DNA of 64,000 nucleotides from Longimicrobiales bacterium (GTDB lineage Bacteria; Gemmatimonadota; Gemmatimonadetes; Longimicrobiales; Gaopeijiaceae). The notes beneath the pieces were generated by a model that had not been told where the DNA came from, made no database searches, and worked only from the letters and a program-made list of their open reading frames with translations. Positions within the stretch are counted from its first letter, which is position 1; every line of letters begins with the position of its first letter. Shown here in pieces: positions 47,505-56,537 of this stretch. The stretch is taken from contig OZ220732.1 in NCBI GenBank assembly GCA_965116905.1, positions 2,304,001 through 2,368,000 of the forward strand, written 5' to 3'. The translations under genes and the position numbers were made by a program.

Positions 47505-49184
47505 TTGAACGCAACCAGAAACGCGCGGGTCCGCTCCCGCCCGCTGTGCGCGGCTGCCCTGCGCACCGCCGCCCTGTGCGCCACCGCCCTGCGCACCGCC
47601 GCCCTGTGCGCCACCGCCCTGCGCACCGCCGCCCTGCGCACCGCCGCCGTGTGCGCCGTCGCCGTGTGCGCCGTCGCCGTGTGCGCCGCGGTCTTGATGG
47701 CCGCCCCGCCCGTGCTTGCCCAGGAGTCCGAATCGGCCCCCGCCCCCTCCCGCTGGGAGTCGAGCCACTCGATCGTGGTCGGCGGCGAGACCGTCGAGTA
47801 CGACGCGGTCGTGGCCTCCACCACCCTGACCAACGACGATGGCGAACCCGCGGCCGAACTCTTCTACACCGCCTACTTCCGCACCAACGCGGCGCCTTCG
47901 CGGGAACGGCCGCTCGTCTTCTCCTACAACGGCGGTCCCGGCTCGGCGTCGTTCTGGCTCCACATGGGGATCATGGGCCCGCGCCGGGTGGTCACGCCCG
48001 AGGTCGGCCCGCAGGGCGCGCCACCGTATCCGCTCGAGGACAACGAATACACGATCCTGGACGTCGCGGACATCGTCATGGTGGATCCGATCGGGACCGG
48101 CTTCAGCCACCTGCTCGGCGACACGCCCGGGTCCGACTACTGGGGCATCGACGAGGACGCGCGCTCGCTGGCGCAGTTCGTCAGGCGCTTCCTGAGCGAG
48201 CACGAGCGGTGGAACTCGCCGCGCTACCTCCTGGGCGAGAGCTACGGCACGACGCGCTCGGCCGTCCTGGCCCGCCACCTGCAGGGCGCGAACATCGATC
48301 TGAACGGGATCGTGCTGGTGTCGGCCGTTCTCCAGTTCAACACGATCCAGTTCGCGCCCGGGGACGACCTGCCGTACATCGTGAACCTGCCGTCGTACGC
48401 GATCACCGCGCGCTACCTCGATGCGCTGCCCGGGCCCAACCCGCCGGACCTGGAGGCGTTCATGGCCGAGGTGGAGGCGTGGTCCCTTACCGAGTACGCG
48501 ACGGCCTTGCTGGCCGGCGGCACCCTCGATGCGGACACCCGCGCCCGCGTGATCGACCGGATGCATCGCTACACGGGGCTCAGCCACGACTTCATCGACA
48601 AGTCGGACCTGCGCGTCACCGCGCCCGCCTTCGAGGCGGAACTCCTGCGCGACGAGGGGCGGATCGTCGGACGCCTGGATGCGCGTTTCACAGGTCCGGC
48701 CGGCGATGTGCTCGGCGGACGTCCGTCGCACGATCCGCAATCGACGGCGATCAGTTCGGCGTACACCTCGGCCTTCAACAGCTACGTGCGCGACGAGCTG
48801 GGCTACGACGGAGAGCGGGAATACGTGCCCAGTGGCGGCACCCGCAACTGGAACTGGGGACGCCTGGGCGGGGGTGGGGCCTTCGTCCGCGGAGGCGGCA
48901 CGCCCAACGTCTCGCCTGACCTGGCCACCGCCATGAAGCGCAATCCCAGCCTCGAAGTCCTGCTGATCAACGGCATCTACGACCTCGCGACGCCGTACTT
49001 CGCGGCCGTCTGGGCCATGGATCACATGGGGCTGCCGCCGGATCTGAGGGACAATATCGAGCGGGCCGACTTCGCCGCGGGTCACATGATGTACGTCGAG
49101 CAGTCGCTGCTTCCGCAGTGGAAGGAGACGCTGGACGCGTTCATCCTCCGGACCTCCGGGCGGTCGGCACCGGTGTCGCAGTAG
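47505..49184 (+). CDS. Serine carboxypeptidase (peptidase S10)
   Basis: YNGGPGSAS, DPIGTGFS, GESYG, GIYDLATPY, GHMMY; start uncertain. Confidence 0.92.
   Translation: MNATRNARVRSRPLCAAALRTAALCATALRTAALCATALRTAALRTAAVCAVAVCAVAVCAAVLMAAPPVLAQESESAPAPSRWESSHSIVVGGETVEYDAVVASTTLTNDDGEPAAELFYTAYFRTNAAPSRERPLVFSYNGGPGSASFWLHMGIMGPRRVVTPEVGPQGAPPYPLEDNEYTILDVADIVMVDPIGTGFSHLLGDTPGSDYWGIDEDARSLAQFVRRFLSEHERWNSPRYLLGESYGTTRSAVLARHLQGANIDLNGIVLVSAVLQFNTIQFAPGDDLPYIVNLPSYAITARYLDALPGPNPPDLEAFMAEVEAWSLTEYATALLAGGTLDADTRARVIDRMHRYTGLSHDFIDKSDLRVTAPAFEAELLRDEGRIVGRLDARFTGPAGDVLGGRPSHDPQSTAISSAYTSAFNSYVRDELGYDGEREYVPSGGTRNWNWGRLGGGGAFVRGGGTPNVSPDLATAMKRNPSLEVLLINGIYDLATPYFAAVWAMDHMGLPPDLRDNIERADFAAGHMMYVEQSLLPQWKETLDAFILRTSGRSAPVSQ
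47541..47690 (+). repeat. In-frame 15-bp tandem repeats (about 10 units) in the S10 signal region
   Basis: GCCCTGCGCACCGCC / GCCCTGTGCGCCACC / GCCGTGTGCGCCGTC encoding ALRTA/ALCAT/AVCAV. Confidence 0.85.
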
Positions 49185-49241
49185 GCTCGCCGGATCCGGC
49201 CGCGGTCAGGCCGACCCACCGACCGAACCCGCCCGCCGCCA

Positions 49242-50111
49242 ATGCCCCTGACCGCGCTCGCCCTGGTGCTGGGGGCCGGGTTCCTGCACGCGTCGTGGAA
49301 CCTCATCCTCAAGCGCACGAGCGAACGGCTGCTTGTCGTATCCTGGGGACTGCTGCTCGGCGCGATCATCTTCCTGCCGGCGCTCATCCAGGCCGGGCCG
49401 CCCCCCGCGCGGGTATGGCCCTACGCCGCCGCGAGCGCCGCCGTGCTGCTGGGGTACTACACGTGCCTCGCCCGGGCCTACGATCGCGGCGCGTTCTCGC
49501 TGGTCTACCCGGTCGCGCGCGGCACGGCGCCGGCCATGCTGACGATCTGGGCGATCGTCTTTCTGGGCGAGCGGCCCAGCGCGGTCGGCATCTCCGGAAT
49601 CGCCCTCATCCTCGGCGGGCTCGTCGTGCTCGGCGGCGCGCCAATGCTGGTCGGGCGGGGCGGAGAGCGCGGCTGGGAGGCGGTTCGCACACACGCGCGC
49701 GGCGCCGGCACCGCCTTCCTCGTGGCGCTGCTCGTGTCCGTCTACACCGCAATCGACGGCGCGGCTGTGCGGCATTGGACGCCGATTCCCTACCTTGTCG
49801 TCGTGTTCGCGCTGGCGGGGGCCGCCCTGATCCCTCTGCTCGCGCTGCGCTATGGTAAACATGTGTTTACAGTGCTGCGAACGCACTGGATCCCGACCGT
49901 TGTCATCGCGATCATGACGCTGGCGGCGTACTCGCTGGTGTTGAGCGCCTTCCGCATCGCCCCGGTCAGCTATGCCGGCGCCGCCCGGGAGGTCGGCATC
50001 GTGTTTGCGGCCCTGGCGGGATGGCTTCTCCTTGGCGAGCGCTTCGGCGGCGTGCGCACCGTCGGCGCGGTCGCGGTGTTCCTCGGGATCGGGCTCCTGG
50101 CGCTGGCATGA
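49242..50111 (+). CDS. DMT/EamA family transporter
   Basis: LHASWN, AYDRGAFSLVYPVARG, AAREVGIVFA..LLGER; about 10 TM. Confidence 0.88.
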   Translation: MPLTALALVLGAGFLHASWNLILKRTSERLLVVSWGLLLGAIIFLPALIQAGPPPARVWPYAAASAAVLLGYYTCLARAYDRGAFSLVYPVARGTAPAMLTIWAIVFLGERPSAVGISGIALILGGLVVLGGAPMLVGRGGERGWEAVRTHARGAGTAFLVALLVSVYTAIDGAAVRHWTPIPYLVVVFALAGAALIPLLALRYGKHVFTVLRTHWIPTVVIAIMTLAAYSLVLSAFRIAPVSYAGAAREVGIVFAALAGWLLLGERFGGVRTVGAVAVFLGIGLLALA

Positions 50112-50665
50112 TCTTCCGGCCGGTCACCCCGGAGCGCTGGACCGACTTCGAGCGCCTTTTCGAGGCTCGTGGCGGACCGAAGTACTGCTGGTGCATGGTG
50201 GGGCGAAGGGACGACGCCGGCAGAATTCCACGCACCAACGCCGATCGCAAGCAGGCCATGGCCTCGAAGATCCGGTGCGGTACGCCGGTGGGGATTCTGG
50301 CCTACGACGACGAGGAGCCCGTGGCGTGGTGCTCGGTGGCGCCCCGGATGACGCTTTCCGTATACAGGGGGCTCGAGTGGCCGGAGGGCGACCGGTCCAC
50401 CGTGTGGTCCATCACGTGCTTCTACGTGAAGCGCGGGATTCGGCGGGGTGGAATCATGTCCCGCCTGATCGACGAGGCGGTGGCCCACGCGCGCCGCAAC
50501 GGAGCCTCGGTCGTGGAGGCCTATCCGGTGGCGCCCGATTCGCCCAGCTACCGCTTCTGCGGCTTCGTGCCCGTGTTTGCCGAGCGAGGGTTCGTAGAGG
50601 TGGGGCGTGCCGGGTTGCGGCGCCATGTGATGAGGCGGGAGTTGCGCCGGAGGTGCGTCGGCTGA
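50108..50665 (+). CDS. GNAT family N-acetyltransferase
   Basis: VTPERWTDFERLF..CWC, VAWCSVAPR, CFYVKRGIRRGGI, VEAYP, GFVEV. Confidence 0.85.
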   Translation: MIFRPVTPERWTDFERLFEARGGPKYCWCMVGRRDDAGRIPRTNADRKQAMASKIRCGTPVGILAYDDEEPVAWCSVAPRMTLSVYRGLEWPEGDRSTVWSITCFYVKRGIRRGGIMSRLIDEAVAHARRNGASVVEAYPVAPDSPSYRFCGFVPVFAERGFVEVGRAGLRRHVMRRELRRRCVG

Positions 50666-50718
50666 GATTGTGGGACTTGGTCAAAGTCACGACGGGGAGG
50701 GGGAAGGGGAGGTGTGTG

Positions 50719-52428
50719 ATGTCACGGCAGCGCGTGAAGTCGTTCGACGAATTGCAACAGCAGCGGATCGGCAGACCGCCGGCGGGTGGCGGTCACGAAC
50801 TGCGCGTCCGCGCCTCGGCCGCCCCGCACGCGGGCCGCACGCCACTCGGGCCTTGCCGGGACATCGTGCTGGAATGGCTGCGGACGAGCCTTCAGGAGGA
50901 CCTTCCGCGCAAGGCGTTGCGGCACCGGGGTTTCTCGCTCCGGGCCGGGACGACGGTGTGCAGGGGCGTCAGGGTGCGCGACGGCGACAGTGACCAGTGG
51001 GGGGTGATGATCGAGCGAAGCCCCGCCCCGGACCGCGAGGTCGCGACGGAGGTCGTCGTTTCGGGCCGGCCCGACCGGCCGGTCGTGATCGACGTCCGCG
51101 TCGTGGATCGGTCGGTGGTTCCCGGAGAGGTGGAGAGGGAATACCCCGCGGATCTGTTTGCTGCGCTGGCGGCCCGCATTCCCCTGCGGCAAGGCGGGCG
51201 CCGGCTTGCCCACGAGCCCGTGACGGTGGAGTCGGAACAGACGATGAGGGGCTTTCTGGCCCTGTTGCTGGAGTCGGATCGGAAGACGCCGTTTGCCGTC
51301 CTGACGCTGCCCTCCGAAGAGGCCAACCGTGCAGCCGTGACGGGCTATGCGCACACCCTCGCGCGGGCGGTCACGGGATTGGCGGTGGTGTGGGTGCTTC
51401 CGCCCGCAATGACGTTCCGGTTGACGGAGTCCGTGACGAGGCAGCTGTCAGTGTTCAACGGGGCCTGGCGACTCTATCTGCCGGGCTTCAGCACGGACTC
51501 TTCCAGGACCGACCACCCCCTGATCCTGTGGGACCGGATGAACGAGGAGGGTGGCGTGGCCCGAGCGACCGAGCGTTTCCTGCGCGTGTCGGCCGAGGCG
51601 AGCCAGAGGGCTGGCGGCGGCGATCAGGCCCCGAGCTACGCGGACCTGGAGCGCGAGGCCGCCCGCATCGCCGCGCGGCGGGGTGGTCTGATGTCGTTCC
51701 TGCGCAGATCGATCTGGCGTGGGCCGAACCGGGTTGCGGTCGTTCGCGAACCCGCGCCCGCGCCCTCTCCCGCTGCTGCGCCCGCGCCCCCTGTTGCGCC
51801 CGCGCCCGCCCACTCACCACAGTCGCCGGGACCGTCGCGCCGTCTCAGGGCGGCCAGAGAGACGGCCAGCGCCCGCGCGCGGCGGTATGAACGGGTCAAG
51901 AAGCGTGTCGCCACGGCCGAGAAGGAGCGGGACGAGGCCCTGAAGCGGGCCGAACAGCTCGCCGGCCTGGTGCGGGTCCTGGGCGGAGATCCGGACGCGG
52001 GGGTCCCGTTCCCCACAACCTGGACCGAATTCGCCGCCTGGTGCGACGAGAGCCTCAGCGGCCGCCTGACTCTCACCGGCGCGGCACGGCGCGAGCTCGA
52101 TGGCGCCCGCTTCGCGGATGTGGATCTGGCCGCCCGTTGCCTCAACTGGCTCGCGAACGAGTACCGGACTGGCCGGCTCAACGGCGGCAACGCCGACCTG
52201 CGCGGGCGGATCGAGGGCATCGACGGCGCCTTCAACGTGCCGTGCGGAAGCGACAGCTTCGAACACGTCTGGGACGGCCGGCGCCACACCGTGAGCTGGC
52301 ACATCAAGCGGGGCGCCAATACGCGCGACCCCCGCCGCTGTCTGCGCATCTACTACTTCTGGGACGAGCAGGCGCGTCAGGTGGTCGTCGCCTCGATGCC
52401 CGGGCACCGCAGGAACGCGCTATCCTAG
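50719..52428 (+). CDS. Conserved hypothetical protein with coiled coil and C-terminal RelE/ParE-like motif
   Basis: GGAGG RBS; SVFNGAWRLYLPG..HP central motif; terminal WHIKRGANTRDPRRCLRIYYFWD..VVVASMPGH. Confidence 0.7.
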   Translation: MSRQRVKSFDELQQQRIGRPPAGGGHELRVRASAAPHAGRTPLGPCRDIVLEWLRTSLQEDLPRKALRHRGFSLRAGTTVCRGVRVRDGDSDQWGVMIERSPAPDREVATEVVVSGRPDRPVVIDVRVVDRSVVPGEVEREYPADLFAALAARIPLRQGGRRLAHEPVTVESEQTMRGFLALLLESDRKTPFAVLTLPSEEANRAAVTGYAHTLARAVTGLAVVWVLPPAMTFRLTESVTRQLSVFNGAWRLYLPGFSTDSSRTDHPLILWDRMNEEGGVARATERFLRVSAEASQRAGGGDQAPSYADLEREAARIAARRGGLMSFLRRSIWRGPNRVAVVREPAPAPSPAAAPAPPVAPAPAHSPQSPGPSRRLRAARETASARARRYERVKKRVATAEKERDEALKRAEQLAGLVRVLGGDPDAGVPFPTTWTEFAAWCDESLSGRLTLTGAARRELDGARFADVDLAARCLNWLANEYRTGRLNGGNADLRGRIEGIDGAFNVPCGSDSFEHVWDGRRHTVSWHIKRGANTRDPRRCLRIYYFWDEQARQVVVASMPGHRRNALS

Positions 52429-52434
52429 GCGAGT

Positions 52435-52477
52435 TCAGCGCCGTCCGCCCGGTCAGCGCTGTCCGCCCGGTCAGCCC
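52435..52477. repeat. 18-bp tandem duplication including the S9 peptidase stop codon
   Basis: TCAGCGCCGTCCGCCCGG, TCAGCGCTGTCCGCCCGG, TCAGCCC. Confidence 0.8.
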
Positions 52478-55335
52478 TTCCCTGCAGCCACCCGCTTCTT
52501 CTCCTCCTCCAGCGCCCCCAGCGCGACCCCGTCCGTGATCCATGCCGGAGCCGGCTCGCCCTTCAGGTAGTGCCCGAACCACTCCAGGATACGGCGGTGG
52601 TAGTCCTTCTGGTTGGCCTCCTGGCGGAAGCCGTGGTCCTCGCCCTCGTACACGAGCAGCACCATCTGCCTCTCGGCCCGGCGCGCGAAGTTGAAGAACT
52701 CGGTCCCCTGATCCCAGTCCACGACTCCGTCCTCGTTGCCGAACGCCATCAGCAGAGGCGTCTCCATGTTGTGCACCTCGTGGATGGGCGAGTTCCGCCG
52801 GTGCGCCTCCGGATCCTCCCAGAACGGCACTTCCATCCGCGCCTGTCCCGTCTCCCAGTGGCTCACCTCCGCGATCCCCGGGTTCCAGTGCAGCTGGCCC
52901 ATGAAGCTCACGAAGTCCGTGAGAGGCGCACCCGCCACCGAGGCCGCGAAGATATCCGTCCGCGTGGGCAGGAACGTCGCCTGGTAGCCGCCCCACGAAT
53001 GCCCGATCAGTCCGACGGCATCCGGGTCGGTCACGCCCATCTCGACGGCCCTTGCCACTGCCGCGCGCACCGACTCCAGCGCGCTCACTCCCGGGTCCCG
53101 CGCCCGATACACGATGTCGGGCAGCAACACCGCGTACCCGTGCTGGGTCCAGGCCGTGTAGTTGTAGTAGTCGCGCTCGCTGGGGACGCGAAAGAAGTGC
53201 ATTTGGGGGGAGAGCATCTCGTAGGTGTACACGATCGTGGGGACCGCGCGTCCCTCCGCGTGGTTGGCGGGACGAAGGAGTACGAACTGGAGGTCGCGGC
53301 CCGATTCGCTGACGAAGTCGACCAGCTCCGCCCGGCCCCACGCCACCTCGTCGATGAAGGGGTTGATTGCGGTCGCCTGGACCGGGTTTGCAAGGTCGGC
53401 GCCCGCGACGAAGAGGTCGGGCGGGTCGCCGAAGGACTGGGACGCGTACATCATCGTGGCGGTGCTGTCCGCACGGACGAGGCCGGCCAGGAACGCATCG
53501 TCCAGGAGCAGGGTCTCGGCGGTGCCGGAGTCCGACGTGCCCGTCCCGCCGCGCGCGTCTGCCCAGCCGTCCGTGAAGCGCGCGTAGCCGCGCTGTTCCG
53601 TCTTCTCGTCGTAGAGGGACAGGTACGGGCGCGAATCGGGGTCGAGGCCGGGCTCGTCGTCATCGTCGGCGACCCGTGCCACGCGATGCGCGATCCCGGT
53701 CTCGGCGCCCCGGGTCAGCCGCTCGCCGCCCGAGCCGTCCGGGGCGACCCGCCAGATGTCGTGCTTGCCGTAGAGCAGGACCGCGTCGTCGTCCTCCAGC
53801 CAGGCGCCCGGGCCGAAGCCGTGCGGCGGGATCACGTCGGTGGGCGTGTCGTAGTCGGTGTTGGCAAAGTTTTCCGCTAACCCTGACGTTACGTCATGCT
53901 CGGCGCCGGTGCGGATGTTGAGCGTGCGATAGGCGGAGCCGTCCCACGAGAGGAGCCACTCGCCCCCCGCGCTGGGCCACTCGTAGCGGATCCGGTTCAG
54001 AAGCCGCCGCCGCTCGCCGGTCCCCGTGTCGATCGCCCAGACATCGTGGTAGGGGCGGCCGAACATCGCGCCCCACGGATAGGGTTCGTCGATGTCTTCC
54101 AGCGCGGTCTCCCATCCGTGCAACAATTGCGCGTTCGCCATGAGGTCCGAGCCGAGCACCACCACGCGGTCGTCGTCGAGGTGCCAGACGGCCAGCAGGG
54201 TGCGGTTGCCGTCGCGGCTCTCGTTGACCTTCTGTTCCGGGAAGAGGCGAACGTCCTTCGTGTGCCAGATCTGCAGGTCAGGAAGGTCGGGCTCCTCTTC
54301 GGGGGAGCCCTCTTCCTCCCCTGCCGGGTTCTGTTGCGAGGCCTCCTCGGGCCGGTCCGCCTGCCCGTCGCCGGGATCGCCGCCCTCCTCCTCCTCCTCC
54401 TCCTCCTCCGACTCCGCGGGCCTCAGCCCCACGGAGATCATGCGGCCGTCGTCGGACCAGGAGGGCGCGCGGTGGTGCACGATCTCGAGGGTGTCGGGAA
54501 CGCCGGCGGTGTTCGAGCCGAGGACCGTCATCTCGATGCCGCTGTCCAGGTCGCGCCAGGCGAGCACGTCCCACGCGGTGCCGTCGGCCGAGGCGGCGTC
54601 GCGGGAGCGGAGCGCGGCGAGGTCGTCGGAATCGTCGCGCCAGCGGAGGCTCCGGTACGAGGACCCGGAGGCGTCGGCGGAGCGCAGCGTGCCGGTCTCG
54701 GCGTCATGAACCTGGACGCCGTTGCCCACGTCGGCGCCGGTGGCGACCGCGAGTGCCAGCAGGGACCCCGCCGGGCTCCAGGCCATCTCGCTCACGTTCC
54801 CGAAGGTGGTCTCGGCACCCGTTCCCAGCGTGACGATGCGCACGTCCGCGCCCTTGCCTGCCGGCTCTTCGGGCGCTTGGCCGCGGAGCGCGATGAAGCG
54901 GCCGGAGGCGTCGAAGCGGCGCTCCGAGACGGCCTCGAAGTCGCGGGTCTCGCCGGTTTGCAGGTCCATCACCGTCGCCTTGTCGCGCACGGGTTCGTCC
55001 TGCTCCTGGAGCCTCTCGCGTTCCTCCGGAGGCAGACCGACCGTCCAGGCCAGCCAGCGGCCGTCGGGCGAGAAGGCGGGGGCCGATCCCCATGGGAAGA
55101 CGCGGGTGGAGTCGTCGGCCAGCCTGCGGACGCGAAGTTCCGAGGTCTCGTCCACGCGGGTGACCACGTACGCGACCCAGTCACCGAACGGAGAAAGGGC
55201 GTCCGCGCCAAGGCGTTCCCAGCGCCCGTAGTCGTCCGGGGTGACCAGGGGAAGATCCTGGGAGGAGGCGGCAGCGGGAATGGAGAGCAGGGCGGCGGCC
55301 GCCAACAGGGCCGTGAGGTGCGGGCGAGCGTACAT
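52471..55335 (-). CDS. Prolyl oligopeptidase family (S9) exported peptidase
   Basis: Signal peptide, propeller repeats, GHSWGGY, DGVVDW, EDHGF catalytic motifs. Confidence 0.92.
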   Translation of the reverse strand: MYARPHLTALLAAAALLSIPAAASSQDLPLVTPDDYGRWERLGADALSPFGDWVAYVVTRVDETSELRVRRLADDSTRVFPWGSAPAFSPDGRWLAWTVGLPPEERERLQEQDEPVRDKATVMDLQTGETRDFEAVSERRFDASGRFIALRGQAPEEPAGKGADVRIVTLGTGAETTFGNVSEMAWSPAGSLLALAVATGADVGNGVQVHDAETGTLRSADASGSSYRSLRWRDDSDDLAALRSRDAASADGTAWDVLAWRDLDSGIEMTVLGSNTAGVPDTLEIVHHRAPSWSDDGRMISVGLRPAESEEEEEEEEGGDPGDGQADRPEEASQQNPAGEEEGSPEEEPDLPDLQIWHTKDVRLFPEQKVNESRDGNRTLLAVWHLDDDRVVVLGSDLMANAQLLHGWETALEDIDEPYPWGAMFGRPYHDVWAIDTGTGERRRLLNRIRYEWPSAGGEWLLSWDGSAYRTLNIRTGAEHDVTSGLAENFANTDYDTPTDVIPPHGFGPGAWLEDDDAVLLYGKHDIWRVAPDGSGGERLTRGAETGIAHRVARVADDDDEPGLDPDSRPYLSLYDEKTEQRGYARFTDGWADARGGTGTSDSGTAETLLLDDAFLAGLVRADSTATMMYASQSFGDPPDLFVAGADLANPVQATAINPFIDEVAWGRAELVDFVSESGRDLQFVLLRPANHAEGRAVPTIVYTYEMLSPQMHFFRVPSERDYYNYTAWTQHGYAVLLPDIVYRARDPGVSALESVRAAVARAVEMGVTDPDAVGLIGHSWGGYQATFLPTRTDIFAASVAGAPLTDFVSFMGQLHWNPGIAEVSHWETGQARMEVPFWEDPEAHRRNSPIHEVHNMETPLLMAFGNEDGVVDWDQGTEFFNFARRAERQMVLLVYEGEDHGFRQEANQKDYHRRILEWFGHYLKGEPAPAWITDGVALGALEEEKKRVAAGKG

Positions 55336-55430
55336 GAGAACTCCCGGGAAGTGCATCGTGATTCATGGTGTGCGTGGGCCCAAGCATCACTGCGGGGCCG
55401 CCGCGGTGCAAACCCGCTAACTTCCGCACC

Positions 55431-56225
55431 ATGTACGAACGCATCGTCTGTCTGACGGAAGAGCCGACCGAGATCCTCTACCGCCTGGGCGAGGACCGGC
55501 GCATCGTGGGCATTTCCGGGTTCACCGTGCGGCCCGCCCGCGCGCGCAAGGAGAAGCCGAAGGTGTCGGCGTTCACCTCGGCGAAGATCGACCGGATTCT
55601 GGCACTGGAGCCGGATCTGGTCTTCGGCTTCTCGGACATCCAGGCGGACATCGCGGCCGACCTGATTCGCAGCGGCGTCGAGGTTCACATCTTCAACCAC
55701 CGGTCGGTGGCGGAGATCCTGCGGACGGTCCGGGCCATCGCGGGGCTGGTGGGGTGTCCGGAGAAAGGCGAGCGGCTGGCGGACGAACTGCAGGCGGGTC
55801 TGGACCGGGTGGCCGAACGTGCGGCCGGGCGGTCGGCGGCTGCGGCGCGGCGCCCACGCGTCTACTTCGAGGAGTGGTACGACCCGCTGATCTCGGGGAT
55901 CCGCTGGGTATCGGAGCTGATCGAGCTGGCGGGCGGCGAGGACTGCTTTCCGGAGTTCCGCGAGTGCGGGCTGGCGAAGGACCGGATCATCGCGGACCCC
56001 GGCGAGGTCGTGCGGCGAGAGCCCGATGTGATTATCGGCTCGTGGTGCGGGCGCAAATTCCGGCCCGAAAGGGTGGCGGCGCGCGAGGGGTGGGATGCCA
56101 TTCCGGCCGTGGCGGAGGGACACATCCACGAGATCAAGTCGGCGCTGATCCTGCAGCCGGGTCCGGCCGCGCTCACGGACGGGCTGGAGGCGTTGGCGGA
56201 GATCATCGGGGGGTGGCGGGGGTAG
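55431..56225 (+). CDS. Cobalamin/Fe-siderophore-binding (BtuF-like, helical backbone) protein lacking a signal peptide
   Basis: RIVCLTEEPTE, KIDRILALEPDLV, YFEEWYDPLI, PDVIIGSWCG, ILQPGPA. Confidence 0.85.
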   Translation: MYERIVCLTEEPTEILYRLGEDRRIVGISGFTVRPARARKEKPKVSAFTSAKIDRILALEPDLVFGFSDIQADIAADLIRSGVEVHIFNHRSVAEILRTVRAIAGLVGCPEKGERLADELQAGLDRVAERAAGRSAAAARRPRVYFEEWYDPLISGIRWVSELIELAGGEDCFPEFRECGLAKDRIIADPGEVVRREPDVIIGSWCGRKFRPERVAAREGWDAIPAVAEGHIHEIKSALILQPGPAALTDGLEALAEIIGGWRG

Positions 56226-56245
56226 CGTCCGCTCCTCTCTCTGGC

Positions 56246-56274
56246 TTGCGACCACTCTCACGGCCCCGTATTGT
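56246..56274 (+). promoter_or_regulatory. Sigma70-like promoter for susC-susD
   Basis: TTGCGA-17 bp-TATTGT, implying a 5' leader of about 255 nt. Confidence 0.55.
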
Positions 56275-56537
56275 GTACAAATCGGTACCCAGTCCGGTCG
56301 CGTTGTGAAGGTTCGCCGCTTCTGACCGGGTGACCGACCCCGACTTGACGGTCATGTCAGTCGGTTCTCGCGGTACCGGGAAGGACGCAGGATGGGAGGG
56401 CTGGAGCGCTTGCGGTCGCTTGACTCCGTGCCCGACGTGCGCCCAGTGCCTGCGACTCCGCTCTGTCTCCGCCTCTTGCGGCCCGAATCCGGATCAGCCG
56501 GATCAGCCGTCCGCCCACTCTCTTTCCGGAGGTGCAC

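Noticed and set aside
42108..47720. Classical lanthipeptide biosynthetic cluster, with the Cys/Thr-rich ALRTAALCAT or YYAAYCAASY stretches as precursors
   Set aside because: No dehydratase, transporter or leader motif; those stretches derive from DNA tandem repeats in a signal peptide and an intergenic region.
56281..56537. Cobalamin riboswitch (CGGGAAGG present, BtuF-like gene and TonB receptor adjacent)
   Set aside because: Lacks the AGGGAA..GGTG..AATCC, GCCCCCGCxACTGT, GCCACTG and B12-box elements.
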